Below, in pieces: positions 48,783-58,982 of a DNA stretch of 63,460 nt. The DNA lies in assembly GCA_007132095.1 (NCBI GenBank), contig SLPH01000063.1, forward strand, positions 1 to 63,460. The letters run 5' to 3'. A program made the translations under genes and the position numbers. The first letter of the stretch is position 1, and each line of letters begins with the position of its first letter. The DNA comes from Syntrophomonadaceae bacterium (lineage in GTDB: Bacteria; Bacillota; Dethiobacteria; DTU022). The notes under the pieces are model-generated. The model saw only the letters and a list, made by a program, of their open reading frames with translations, did no database searches and was not told the origin of the DNA.

Positions 48783-49700
48783 TCAGCGGGGCTCGAGGGT
48801 CAGCAGCAGGGGCCGATGCGCTCCTTCACGGTAAGTAAACTGCACTGAGTCCCCTTCGTTGAGGCCTTCCAGATCGATCCCCTCTCCCAACTCGAAGACA
48901 GCAAAAGAACCGTCGACATCAATCTCAATCGAATGGCTGTCAATCTGACCGACATATACTCCCTCTCCTGATAAAGATGTGTCCAGCGAGGTTATGGAGT
49001 TTATAACAGGACGGGTATCTGTTTCAACATAATGGAATATGACAGAACTCCCATCCGGGATATGATCAATCCGGAGCCCTTCGGCAAGGGCAAATACTTT
49101 TTCAGATCCGTCCACAACAATCTCTACAGATTGGACGTCAATAGCCCCAACTAATATTCCCTCTCCTTTATAAGTTGGAGCTTCCGCCATAATAACTTCA
49201 ACGCTTAAGAGTACGGGACGCGTTCCTGATTCTTCGTAACTAAAGCGAATTGTTGAGCCATCTGTTACATCTTCAATGTAAAGAGCCTCATGCACCTCGA
49301 ATACCCTGAACCCTGCGTCTGTTTCAATTTCTACAGAGCGGCTGTCGGCCCAGCCAACGAATATGCCTTCGTCTTCACGAATTGATGTCAGGGCTTCAAT
49401 ACTGACTATAACAGGCCGGTGTTCGGTTTCGTGATATACGAAAGTTACCATGGAACCGTCTTCAATTCCCTCCAGGGTAACCCCGTCACCCAGTTCAAAA
49501 GCCATGGGCTCATCATTGAAAATTATTTCAACTGAGATATTGTCAATCTGGCCGCTATAGATACCCTCGCCTGTCAACAGTACGGACTCCAGGGCAGCAC
49601 CAGTTTCATCAGGTTCCTCATCAGGACTACAGCCGCCGCCAAACAGCATCAGGAGTAGCAGCAGCATCAACAATAAAATATAATTTTTCTTAACGAACAT
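48783..49700 (-). CDS. lipoprotein built of four tandem ~66-aa repeats, function unknown
   Basis: Signal LLLLLMLFGGGC, an acidic tether, then four units of the form GEG-I/V-x-VG-x-ID-x-x-S-V/I-EI...F-x-L/V...DGS-x-V-x-F-x-Y-x-E...RPV-L/I. SD GGGGGA upstream. Confidence 0.75.
   Translation of the reverse strand: MFVKKNYILLLMLLLLLMLFGGGCSPDEEPDETGAALESVLLTGEGIYSGQIDNISVEIIFNDEPMAFELGDGVTLEGIEDGSMVTFVYHETEHRPVIVSIEALTSIREDEGIFVGWADSRSVEIETDAGFRVFEVHEALYIEDVTDGSTIRFSYEESGTRPVLLSVEVIMAEAPTYKGEGILVGAIDVQSVEIVVDGSEKVFALAEGLRIDHIPDGSSVIFHYVETDTRPVINSITSLDTSLSGEGVYVGQIDSHSIEIDVDGSFAVFELGEGIDLEGLNEGDSVQFTYREGAHRPLLLTLEPR
48792..49571 (-). repeat. four tandem coding repeats (periods 66, 69, 66 codons)
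   Basis: Repeat starts fall at residues 44, 110, 179 and 245 of the 305-aa product. Confidence 0.8.
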
Positions 49701-49841
49701 GCGAGAAATCCCCCTTTTGGTGTGGCATACTTCCCCTTCTCAACAGCGGTTTAACATGCCCGGGCCGGAACAGCCCCATACATATATTATCCCTTTTCTA
49801 TAGGAGATAGACAAGCTAATAAAGCATCCGGTTCCATTAGA

Positions 49842-51761
49842 TTAGCGGAACCGCCCTCCTCCTCCTCCTGAGCCGCCGCCCCCGCCGCCGGAAAAACCGC
49901 CGCCAAAGCCTGATCCTGAAGAAAAACCACCGGAGGACCCCGAACTTGATGTAGAAGCAATAGCAGCAGTCGCAGTACGGGAGGCACGGTCGAATGTACT
50001 GCCAAGACTGCCGGTAACCGAGTTCATAGCCCTGGCAAAAGAGGCCGCATGCGATATATTTAATGAAGACCAGCTGGTTTGCATATAATCAGGCTCCTGC
50101 TCAAGCCGGGGATAAACTAAAGCCAGCTGGTCGGCAACCTGCCCGGCCACGCCCAGCAAAACAGCGTAGACCAGGTAGTGCTCCCATATTACAAGGGAAG
50201 GCACGGTTGAACGATCCAGCCTGGAAAAGTGAAGCAGGTAGCGCCTGAAAGCTTTCCAGCGGGCTAATTGGTCGGCCCCATATTCGGTGTAGTGATGATT
50301 TGGAGATGCAAAGAATAAGAGCGGCGGACCAAATACAAGCACTAACCCTAAAATGTATAGTTCCCAGAACATAACCACGGCGGCGCCCAGGGCAATAACT
50401 AAAAACCCGGGGAGACAGCCATAGGTCCAGCTTCCACTGTCTTTAAAAAAATTGTATCCCCTGCCCATTCTGCTCGCAGTCGAACGCCAGTCTCCGTAAA
50501 ACCGGTAAAACCCCGAAGGGTTATTCTCCGCGTAACTTTGAATTTGGCTGAACAAAACTCCTTTTACATCCTCTGCCTTTGTCGGGTCAGAATTTTGGCC
50601 TGTGAAGTCATAAACATCATTAAACAGGAACTGGAGGATTATTTGATCCAGCTTGCCTAAGGGCAGTTTGGACTCCCTTTCAACCAGCCGGAAATCGCTC
50701 CCCCTTCCCCGGGTGATGGCTGCCCTTTCTGTAATTTCTTCGATGCCGATTATCCTCCGCCTGGCCAGATCCAGGACGTTGGCGGTAAAAACCCCATTAT
50801 CAATCCTCTTCTTATTCCAGAGGTAACCTAACACTTCAGGCCCATAATCTCCAGGCAGCTCGCGGTAGTAAGAACCCCTGTAAGCTGTTTTCCGGTTCAG
50901 GGCTTGCCCCCAGAGGGGCCACAACAGACCGGCAGCCAGTATTATCAGGGCCAGGGACAAGTAAATTTCATAACGGTTAAACAGGTAAGCCAGGTTAGAG
51001 AGAAAAGCCCACCATCTCTCCTGGCGCAGGATCCCGGGCAGGCCTGCTTTCCCGCTTCTTTTAGTTGCCTCCGGGACCAAAGCGGTGGGAAAAGTTGTCC
51101 GACCTTCAAAATAGGTATAGGCAGGCAGGTAAACAGCGCTCCAGGTAATCTGCTCAGCGCTATCGATGGATACATAGCCGCTTGAAGGCCCATGGCCCCA
51201 GGCCCGGATCTGATCTTTTAACGCGCCCGGAGGCAAGGTCAGGGTAACCATGGCAAAGCGGGCCGGGTGATCCCAATCGCTTCCAATAAATTGGTAGTAT
51301 AGTTCAGCAACGTCATCATGAACAACAACCACGTTGTTAACCGTATATTCAACAGTAAATGTGCGGCTTTCGTTGTAAGCGTTAAAGCTCCAGTCAAGAC
51401 CAAAGTAATCTGCCCCGTAAACATTGACAGAAAAAGTGCCGGGCTCAGTAGTGGGATACTGCTGGACAAGCGAATAATAATTATCCGCTTCGCGCACCAG
51501 GACACCGCTGTACGAAAGGTCGCCCTCAAAAGTGTAATACTGAACGAGGCCATTAAACTGTCCGTTAAAATCAACCGTCCTGCTTTCCACGACCTTCATT
51601 GAACCATCGGGCAATATTTCAGCCTCGATTACAACTCTGTTTATGGTCAGTGATCGAGCATCAACCGCGGTTGCCAGGGTCAAAAAGGTGGCGATTGTAA
51701 AGATAATCAAAATGAGGCTTTTCCTAAAAGTCTTTCCCAATGAAAGTTTAGCCACTCCCAA
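49842..51761 (-). CDS. DUF2207-like membrane protein with Gly-rich C-terminus
   Basis: Signal/anchor, a ~230-aa extracytoplasmic domain, several TM helices and a C-terminal SSSGSSGGFSSGSGFGGGFSGGGGGGSGGGGGRFR tail. TTG start 7 nt after GGGGGG. Confidence 0.7.
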   Translation of the reverse strand: MGVAKLSLGKTFRKSLILIIFTIATFLTLATAVDARSLTINRVVIEAEILPDGSMKVVESRTVDFNGQFNGLVQYYTFEGDLSYSGVLVREADNYYSLVQQYPTTEPGTFSVNVYGADYFGLDWSFNAYNESRTFTVEYTVNNVVVVHDDVAELYYQFIGSDWDHPARFAMVTLTLPPGALKDQIRAWGHGPSSGYVSIDSAEQITWSAVYLPAYTYFEGRTTFPTALVPEATKRSGKAGLPGILRQERWWAFLSNLAYLFNRYEIYLSLALIILAAGLLWPLWGQALNRKTAYRGSYYRELPGDYGPEVLGYLWNKKRIDNGVFTANVLDLARRRIIGIEEITERAAITRGRGSDFRLVERESKLPLGKLDQIILQFLFNDVYDFTGQNSDPTKAEDVKGVLFSQIQSYAENNPSGFYRFYGDWRSTASRMGRGYNFFKDSGSWTYGCLPGFLVIALGAAVVMFWELYILGLVLVFGPPLLFFASPNHHYTEYGADQLARWKAFRRYLLHFSRLDRSTVPSLVIWEHYLVYAVLLGVAGQVADQLALVYPRLEQEPDYMQTSWSSLNISHAASFARAMNSVTGSLGSTFDRASRTATAAIASTSSSGSSGGFSSGSGFGGGFSGGGGGGSGGGGGRFR

Positions 51762-51915
51762 CTACTTACCCCCCTGCTGCTTCCTTACCTGACGGCAAAC
51801 GGGCAGGTTTTTACGCCCCAACCGCAGCATACCAATAATATAATCGATTAAGAGCATTTTGCCTATAAAAATATGACTGGAACCCCGAAAAGGCCAGGAG
51901 GCTTGAAGGATATTA

Positions 51916-51946
51916 CCATATAATAATTGAATTAATTATTATATGG
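51916..51946. promoter_or_regulatory. perfect 13-bp inverted repeat with 5-bp spacer between divergent genes
   Basis: CCATATAATAATT-gaatt-AATTATTATATGG. Each arm carries TATAAT on its own strand. It lies 16 nt upstream of ATG 51962. Confidence 0.6.
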
Positions 51947-51961
51947 CTGGAGTGATTACAA

Positions 51962-52912
51962 ATGACGGCAAAGATTAAACTGGGCGTTAGCGCCTGTCTG
52001 CTTGGTTGCCCTGTCCGGTACGACGGAGGCCACAAGCATGATCATTATATAACGGACACTCTTAGCAATTATTTCGCTTTTACAGCTGTGTGTCCCGAAG
52101 TTGAGTGCGGTCTGCCTGTGCCCCGCGAGACCATGCGGCTGGTCGGCGATCCTGATTCTCCCCGACTGGTAACCACGAAAACCGGAATTGATCACACGGA
52201 GAAAATGCAGGCCTTTTGTACCGGAAAGCTTTTGGAGCTTGAGAAGGAAGACCTCTGCGGCTTCATATTCAAGAAAAATTCGCCCAGCTCAGGCCTTTAC
52301 CGGGTTAAAATTCACCGGCAGGGAAGCGGGGCGCCAAGGAGCGGGCAGGGTCTTTTTGCCGGCGCTTTTACAAAACGCTTTCCCCTGCTCCCGGTTGAAG
52401 AAGAAGGGCGGCTAAATGATCCTATCCTGCGCGAAAACTTTATTGAAAAAGTATTCTGCTGCTTTCGCTGGAAAACCTTTGCGGCAGGAGAGGCAAATTA
52501 TAAAAACCTGATAACCTTTCATGCCCGCCATAAGCTTCAGATTATGGCCCACAGCCAGTCGCATCTGTCCAGGATGGGCAAACTGGTTGCTGCAGGCAAG
52601 ACGATTCCAGTCCAGGAACTGCTTTCACAATATGAATATATGCTGATGGAAGCGCTCTCGCTAAAAGCGACTGTGAAGAAGAATGTTAACGTCCTTCAAC
52701 ATATCGCCGGCTACTTTAAGAAGACCCTGCCCCGCGATGACAGGGAGGAGCTGCAGGATCTAATCTCCCGTTATGCCGGCCATACTGTGCCCCTGGTTGT
52801 ACCTCTGACCCTGGTCAACCACTACCTGCGGAAACAGGGGGTTGAGTACTTGCAGGACCAGTATTATCTTGAACCTCACCCGGCAGAGCTGATGCTGCGC
52901 AATCATGTCTGA
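51962..52912 (+). CDS. ybgA: DUF523 + DUF1722 fusion protein (YbgA type; the DUF523 half is TudS-like)
   Basis: KLGVSACLLGCPVRYDGGHK N-terminus and a helical C-terminal half (HARHKLQIMAHS). Confidence 0.75.
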   Translation: MTAKIKLGVSACLLGCPVRYDGGHKHDHYITDTLSNYFAFTAVCPEVECGLPVPRETMRLVGDPDSPRLVTTKTGIDHTEKMQAFCTGKLLELEKEDLCGFIFKKNSPSSGLYRVKIHRQGSGAPRSGQGLFAGAFTKRFPLLPVEEEGRLNDPILRENFIEKVFCCFRWKTFAAGEANYKNLITFHARHKLQIMAHSQSHLSRMGKLVAAGKTIPVQELLSQYEYMLMEALSLKATVKKNVNVLQHIAGYFKKTLPRDDREELQDLISRYAGHTVPLVVPLTLVNHYLRKQGVEYLQDQYYLEPHPAELMLRNHV

Positions 52913-53040
52913 GCCTATGATAGCTTAGCGCTCGAATATATGTTAATATGTTAAAGCAGTTTGGAGTATGAGCAGGTTAATCCCACGTGTAGTTAAAGCT
53001 TTATCACTAAATGCTCAGGACCCTGATGGAGGTTAATTAC

Positions 53041-54726
53041 TTGGACTCTTCAATGAACGCCGGTCCGGTATACGCCCTTAATGCCAGGGATTTTAAAAAA
53101 ATGATCCTCGGCGCCAACCTTTTTTTCCAGCGCGAAAAAGAAGCTCTGAACGCTTTAAATGTGTTCCCTGTTCCTGATGGCGATACTGGAACTAATATGA
53201 GCATGACTCTTCATGCCGCAATTAATGATTCTATCGCCTATGAAGGTGAATCAATCGGGGAGCTTTCCGAAATCGTCGCCTCTAAAGCCCTGATGGGAGC
53301 GCGCGGCAACTCCGGGGTTATCCTTTCCCAGCTATTGAGAGGCATAGCCCGCGGCTTAAAAGAGAAAGACTGTATCACACCGGCGGAACTGAGTAAAGCC
53401 TTTCAATACGGGGTCGTTTACGCTTACAGGGCCGTTTCAAAGCCTGTAGAGGGTACCATTCTGACTGTTGCCCGTGAAATGGCACGCGGGATTAGGGCAG
53501 CGGCCAGAAAAGGCGAATGCCTGCATGGATCGCTCGAAGAAGCAATCAAACATGGGAAAGAGACAGTTGCCAGAACCAGGGAAATGCTCCCTGCTCTGAA
53601 AGAAGCTAATGTGGTTGATGCCGGGGGATTAGGATTGCTGCTCTTTTTTGAAGGATGCCTTTTTGCCCTGAAAAACTCGGTTAGCGATATGCTGGGCCAA
53701 AAGCCGGATGATAGCTTATATCCCGAAGATAGCTCATATAGCAATGAAAACCTGGCCGCGATTACTCCTGCCGAAATAACCTCACTCGAATACCCTTACT
53801 GCACCGAAGCCCTGATAAAAAGCGAAACCGGCATATTTAGCGGACTTAAAGAACAGCTTCAGCCGCTCGGTGATTCTCTACTGGTTGTCACCGACAAAAA
53901 CCACGCAAAAATTCATATCCATACCCGGCTGCCCGGGCAAATCCTGGAAACCGCTCAGGCTTTCGGTTCACTGCATGACATTAAGATTGAAAATATGCTG
54001 GACCAGGTGAACAGGCCGGACCTGCAAGCAGCCAGTCAGCCTTCGGCCTTTGTTAAAAGTGATCCCGTTCCGGGAACCGGCTTAATTGCCATTTCCTTTG
54101 GCGAAGGGTTTCGGGAAATCTTCTTAAACCTGGGGGCGGAGCGGGTAGTCTTCGGCGGCCAGACAATGAATCCAAAAGTAGAAGACCTTTTAACCGCAAT
54201 CGAACTGCTGCCGCAAGAGGAAGTAATTGTCCTGCCCAATAATAAAAACATCATTTTGGTTGCCAGCCAGGCGGCAGATCTCAGCGATAAAAAGGTCCGG
54301 GTAATCGAAACCCGCACGCTGCCCGAAGGAATCGCCGCCCTGCTGTCTTTCAACCACGATCAGCCGCTGGAAGACAATTATGATTTAATGAGCGAAAGAG
54401 TAGCTTCAGTAAAATCAGGAGCGGTTACCTTTGCTACCCGGGACGCCCTGATTAATGGAATCCCGGTCAAAAAAGATGATTATTTGGGCCTGGCCGGTGA
54501 AACAGCCTGCTGTTCCGGTAAAAACCTGGCCGAAACGGCTTTCAAACTCGCTATTACGCTCCTGGAAGATGGCGCTGATATCATCACCATCTTTTACGGC
54601 GCCCAGGTCGGGGCAAGCGAAGCATCCGCCCTGGCCGAATTGATCCGCGAAATAAACCCGGAAGTTGAAATTGAGCTCCATTATGGCGGCCAACCTATTT
54701 ACAACTACATCTTCTCGGTGGAATAG
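53041..54726 (+). CDS. yloV: DAK2 domain fusion protein YloV
   Basis: LNVFPVPDGDTGTNM motif and RGNSGVILSQ. TTG at 53041 lies 8 nt after GGAGG. The ORF track starts at ATG 53011. Confidence 0.8.
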   Translation: MDSSMNAGPVYALNARDFKKMILGANLFFQREKEALNALNVFPVPDGDTGTNMSMTLHAAINDSIAYEGESIGELSEIVASKALMGARGNSGVILSQLLRGIARGLKEKDCITPAELSKAFQYGVVYAYRAVSKPVEGTILTVAREMARGIRAAARKGECLHGSLEEAIKHGKETVARTREMLPALKEANVVDAGGLGLLLFFEGCLFALKNSVSDMLGQKPDDSLYPEDSSYSNENLAAITPAEITSLEYPYCTEALIKSETGIFSGLKEQLQPLGDSLLVVTDKNHAKIHIHTRLPGQILETAQAFGSLHDIKIENMLDQVNRPDLQAASQPSAFVKSDPVPGTGLIAISFGEGFREIFLNLGAERVVFGGQTMNPKVEDLLTAIELLPQEEVIVLPNNKNIILVASQAADLSDKKVRVIETRTLPEGIAALLSFNHDQPLEDNYDLMSERVASVKSGAVTFATRDALINGIPVKKDDYLGLAGETACCSGKNLAETAFKLAITLLEDGADIITIFYGAQVGASEASALAELIREINPEVEIELHYGGQPIYNYIFSVE

Positions 54727-54848
54727 CGCTGAACATATTGCTGCAACCGTCCTCGAAACAGGCCCCTTACTACTTCTCATTCTTTACATATTTACAGCGG
54801 TAATATAGTATTTGTATTAGAAAATATACAGCCAAGGAGATATGTAAA

Positions 54849-55970
54849 GTGAATAATAAGCCTGCCCAAAAACCTCAAACCGCCAACTTTTCATCCGGGC
54901 CCTGCGCTAAAAGACCGGGCTACAACCTTTCGGCCCTTAATGAAGCCCCGCTTGGAAGGTCTCACCGCAGCAGCATCGGTAAAAACCGCCTTAAAACTGC
55001 AATCGAGAAAACAAAATCGCTGCTTGGCCTGCCTGAAAACTACCTCGCCGGCATAGTCCCCGCTTCCGATACTGGCGCTTTTGAAATGGCTATGTGGAGC
55101 CTGCTTGGCCCTAAACCGGTTGATGTAGTTTTTTTCGAATCTTTCGGTAAGACCTGGGCTGACGATATTCAAAAACAGCTTAAATTGAAGGATCTTAACT
55201 TGATCAGCGCCAAATACGGGGAGCTTCCCGATTTAAACAAGATTAATTTCAACCACGATGTTGTCTTCACCTGGAATGGGACAACAAGCGGTGTGAAAGT
55301 GCCGGATGGCAATTTTATCCCCCAAGACCGGAAAGGGCTGACTCTCTGCGACGCCACCTCGGCTGTATTTGCCATGGATATTCCCTGGGACAAGATTGAT
55401 GCGGCCACTTTCTCCTGGCAAAAAGTGCTGGGAGGAGAAGCAGCCCACGGTATCATAGTTCTTTCTCCACGTGCCGCTGCAAGGATCGAAAGTTATGATC
55501 CTCCCTGGCCGATGCCCAAAATATTCCGCCTGAAAAAAGGCGGAAGCCTGAACAGTGAAATATTCGAAGGTTCAACGATCAACACCCCTTCCATGCTCTG
55601 TGTAGAAGACTATATCGATGCCTTGAACTGGGCTGAACAGATCGGGGGTCTTGAAACGTTAATCAGGCGCAGCGAAGATAACCTTAAAGTTATCGAAGAA
55701 TTTGTCAATCAAAGAGGATGGATAAATTTCCTGGCCTCCGACCCGGCGGTCCGATCCAATACCAGCGTCTGCCTGACCCTGGACCTGGAAGCGGAAAAGG
55801 TAAAACAAATGGTAAAACTGCTCGCCGAAGAAGGCGCTGCCTACGATATATCATCTTACCGCGATGCCCCGGCCGGGTTGCGGTTCTGGTGCGGCGCGAC
55901 CGTGGAAAAAGCAGACATAGAAATAGCAATGCAGTGGCTGGAATGGGCTTATCGCCAGGTTAGCGAATAG
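54849..55970 (+). CDS. serC: phosphoserine aminotransferase
   Basis: [12 protein letters not shown]-terminus and [14 protein letters not shown] (PLP Lys context). GTG start 9 nt after AAGGAG. Confidence 0.8.
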   Translation: MNNKPAQKPQTANFSSGPCAKRPGYNLSALNEAPLGRSHRSSIGKNRLKTAIEKTKSLLGLPENYLAGIVPASDTGAFEMAMWSLLGPKPVDVVFFESFGKTWADDIQKQLKLKDLNLISAKYGELPDLNKINFNHDVVFTWNGTTSGVKVPDGNFIPQDRKGLTLCDATSAVFAMDIPWDKIDAATFSWQKVLGGEAAHGIIVLSPRAAARIESYDPPWPMPKIFRLKKGGSLNSEIFEGSTINTPSMLCVEDYIDALNWAEQIGGLETLIRRSEDNLKVIEEFVNQRGWINFLASDPAVRSNTSVCLTLDLEAEKVKQMVKLLAEEGAAYDISSYRDAPAGLRFWCGATVEKADIEIAMQWLEWAYRQVSE

Positions 55971-56028
55971 GTTGCTCCCGGTTGGTTTCCGCCGCTTCCG
56001 GCAGATAGCAACCTGGAGCAGCACTCTG

Positions 56029-57459
56029 CTATGATAAAGCCCTGGCAAGCAGTTCATTGACCAGCTGCGGATTGGCTTTACCCTTCGTTTCTTTCATCAC
56101 CTGGCCAACCAGATGGCCGAGAGCTTTAGTTTTGCCTCCCCGGTAGTTGGCAACACTATCGGGGTTTTCTGCAATAACCCTATCTATAATCATTTCCAAT
56201 TCGGTTTGATCGGAGATCTGCAGCAGGCCTTCTTCCTCAACAACCTGCCGCGGCGGCTTGCCGCTGGCAAAGGCTTTAAGCAGTACATCTTTGGCTATTT
56301 TGCCGCTGATCGATCCCTCATCAATCATTACCAATAATTCGGCCAAATCTTCAGGGCTAAATGCACAGCTATCCGCCTCTATCCCGGCGCTGTTCAGCTG
56401 AGCGGCAAAATCTCCCATGATCCAGTTGCTCACTGTTTTGGGGTTATCGTATGTTTTCAGGCAGGACTCAAAATAATCGGCCAGGCTCCGTGAAGCTGTG
56501 AGAACCCGGGCATCGTAGTCCGGCAAATTATAGTCTTTAACAAAACGCTCCGCCCTGGCCGGCGCCATTTCAGGCAGAGCGGATCGGGCTGCTTCTATTT
56601 CTTCTTCACTAAGCGCAATCAGCGGCAGTTCCGGGTCGGTAAAACAGCGGTAATCTGCAGCCTCCAGCTTGCTGCGCATCACCAGTGTTTCGCCTTTGTC
56701 TTCTTCCCAGCGAAGGGTCTGTGATATAACCTCTTCCCCGCTCTCAAGAATAGCCCGCTGCCGTTTGATTTCATGTTCCAGTGATTTTTCGACCGCCTTG
56801 AAAGAGTTCATGTTCTTCAGTTCCGTTTTGCTGCCCAGCTTTTCTGATCCGGCAGGCCGGAGGGAAATGTTGGCATCGCAGCGCAGGCTGCCCTCTTCCA
56901 TCTTGCAATCAGATACTCCGGCGTACTGCAGGATGCTCTTCAGCTGCTCCAGGTAACGTCTTGCTTCTCCTGGCGAACGTAAGTCAGGTTCGGTTACTAT
57001 TTCGACCAAAGGCACACCGGACCGGTTGTAATCAACCATCGAAATGTCTCCATAAGGCGAATGAACCAGCTTGCCGGCATCTTCTTCCATATGGACGCGG
57101 CCGATGCGCACTTTCTTTTCCGTTCCCTGGTCATCTTCAATTATCAGCGATCCGTTGCTGCCGATGGGAACATGAAACTGGGATATCTGGTATCCCCTGG
57201 GGATATCGGGGTAAAAATAATTTTTCCGATCGAAGTAACTAAGCCTGGCCACTTCGCAATTAAGAGCGAGTGACGCAGTAAGCGCCTTCTTGACCGCTTC
57301 GCTGTTCATCTGCGGCATAACGCCGGGATAGCCCAGGCAGCCGGGGCAAGTATTCACATTGGGCTCTGGAACAAACCGGTTGGGGCAGGAGCAGAAAAGC
57401 TTACTCTCCGTATGCAGCTCTACGTGAACTTCCAGCCCGATCACAACTTCATATTGCAT
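56029..57459 (-). CDS. gatB: Asp/Glu-tRNA amidotransferase subunit B
   Basis: MQYEVVIGLEVHVELHT N-terminus. ATG at 57459 with GGGAGG SD. The ORF track extends upstream into gatA. Confidence 0.95.
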   Translation of the reverse strand: MQYEVVIGLEVHVELHTESKLFCSCPNRFVPEPNVNTCPGCLGYPGVMPQMNSEAVKKALTASLALNCEVARLSYFDRKNYFYPDIPRGYQISQFHVPIGSNGSLIIEDDQGTEKKVRIGRVHMEEDAGKLVHSPYGDISMVDYNRSGVPLVEIVTEPDLRSPGEARRYLEQLKSILQYAGVSDCKMEEGSLRCDANISLRPAGSEKLGSKTELKNMNSFKAVEKSLEHEIKRQRAILESGEEVISQTLRWEEDKGETLVMRSKLEAADYRCFTDPELPLIALSEEEIEAARSALPEMAPARAERFVKDYNLPDYDARVLTASRSLADYFESCLKTYDNPKTVSNWIMGDFAAQLNSAGIEADSCAFSPEDLAELLVMIDEGSISGKIAKDVLLKAFASGKPPRQVVEEEGLLQISDQTELEMIIDRVIAENPDSVANYRGGKTKALGHLVGQVMKETKGKANPQLVNELLARALS

Positions 57460-57475
57460 TTTCTCTACCTCCCGT

Positions 57476-58915
57476 TTAAAACGACCCGGCCGGCGGGGTA
57501 TCAAGACCCTGTTTAACTGCACTGCCAGCCTGAAAGAGCAAATCTTCCGAGAAAGCCGGGCCGACCAGTTGGACTCCAACGGGGAGACCGTTAAAACTTC
57601 CCATCGGCAGGCTTAACGAGGGAAGGCCGCTTAGACTGGCCGGAACACAAAATGTGTCTTCCTCGCATAAGTCGATAAAAGGTAAATCATGCCCGCTGCT
57701 GTCAGCTTCTTTTAAATGAGCCCCTACCGGCATTAACAGGAGGCTGCAGCGGTTAAAGAGTAAGTTGAATTGCTCCCTGGCCATACTCCACACTTTTAAA
57801 GCCTGCCGGTAGTAGAGCTCGAAGTTGTCGCCGATAAGGAAATAAGTTCCAATAATGCTGCGACGGCGGGCCTCTTCGCCCAAAGTCAGCCGCCGCGATG
57901 CAGAGTAAAGCTCTTCCAAATTGGACGCATCTGCCGCCCGCCCATAGCGAATCCCGTCAAACCGCGACAGGTTAGAAGAAGCCTCGGCATAGGCAATGAC
58001 ATAATAAGCGCGCAGGGCGGCTTCAAAAAGATCAAATTCAAGTTCAACAATCCTGTGTCCCTTTTCCTTAAACTTCTCTACAGCCTGCTCCATCGCTTCC
58101 CGCTCTTCAGGCCGCAGGCGAACGGAGTTCGAACTGAGCAGACCAATGGTCATGTCATCCGGGTTTACAACTGTGCCCTTGTGAGGCGCAAAATCATTGT
58201 AGGCTGCCGTGGTTGCGTCTCTTGCGTCGAAACCGGAGATGAGGTCCAGGGCAGCTTTAATATCGCCAATGGCAAGCCCGCTAAGACCGATCTGGCCAAA
58301 GGAGCTGCAAGCCATATGCAGGCCGTAGCGTGAAATCCGGCCCAGTGTAGGCCGCAGGCCAAAAACGCCGCATTGAGAAGCTCCCTGCCTCAGAGCCCCG
58401 CCACTTTCGCTATCAAGTGATAGCAGGCATTGCCCGGCCGCCAGGGCAGCCGCTCCTGCGCTTGCTACCGTTAATTCGTGGTTGTGGGGATGAAGAACAG
58501 CTCCGCCTGGAGAGCTCTGCCGCGTTGAACCCGTACCCATAGCCCCAAGGTTGGTTTTGCCAATCACAACAGCCCCGGCATCGACAAGCCGCTCCACCGC
58601 AGCAGCGCTAAAGGGAGGCGAGAAATTATCTAGCGCAGCCGAGCCGAGAGAGGCTGGCATTTCGCTATACATGAAATCGTCTTTTACCGCCAGCGCTACA
58701 CCGGCCAGAGGCAGTTTATCTCCTGCTGCAACCCGGCGATCAATTTCCCCGGCCCTTTCCAGCGCCTTTTCACCGGCAATAAAGGTAAAGGTGTTGATTT
58801 TTTCGTTCAAGGCACGGCAACTCTGCAGGGCGGCAGAAACAGATTCCCTGGCAGTTATCGCCCCTGCGGTTACTCTTGCTGCAGTGCTTAGCGCAGTATT
58901 ATTAGACAAGTTCAA
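57476..58915 (-). CDS. gatA: Asp/Glu-tRNA amidotransferase subunit A
   Basis: Amidase-signature family (VAVKDDF, GKTNLGAMGTGS). TTG start 6 nt after AAGGAGG. Confidence 0.9.
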   Translation of the reverse strand: MNLSNNTALSTAARVTAGAITARESVSAALQSCRALNEKINTFTFIAGEKALERAGEIDRRVAAGDKLPLAGVALAVKDDFMYSEMPASLGSAALDNFSPPFSAAAVERLVDAGAVVIGKTNLGAMGTGSTRQSSPGGAVLHPHNHELTVASAGAAALAAGQCLLSLDSESGGALRQGASQCGVFGLRPTLGRISRYGLHMACSSFGQIGLSGLAIGDIKAALDLISGFDARDATTAAYNDFAPHKGTVVNPDDMTIGLLSSNSVRLRPEEREAMEQAVEKFKEKGHRIVELEFDLFEAALRAYYVIAYAEASSNLSRFDGIRYGRAADASNLEELYSASRRLTLGEEARRRSIIGTYFLIGDNFELYYRQALKVWSMAREQFNLLFNRCSLLLMPVGAHLKEADSSGHDLPFIDLCEEDTFCVPASLSGLPSLSLPMGSFNGLPVGVQLVGPAFSEDLLFQAGSAVKQGLDTPPAGSF

Positions 58916-58982
58916 TCCAGGCCTCCTTTAATCACAGTTGAGGTTAATAAGCAGTTTAACAGTATGCGCCAGCTTAACAGGT

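Noticed and set aside
49787-50005. 72-aa ORF overlapping the 3' end of the DUF2207 gene.
   Set aside because: It is an alternative-frame reading of the GC-rich Gly-codon tract.
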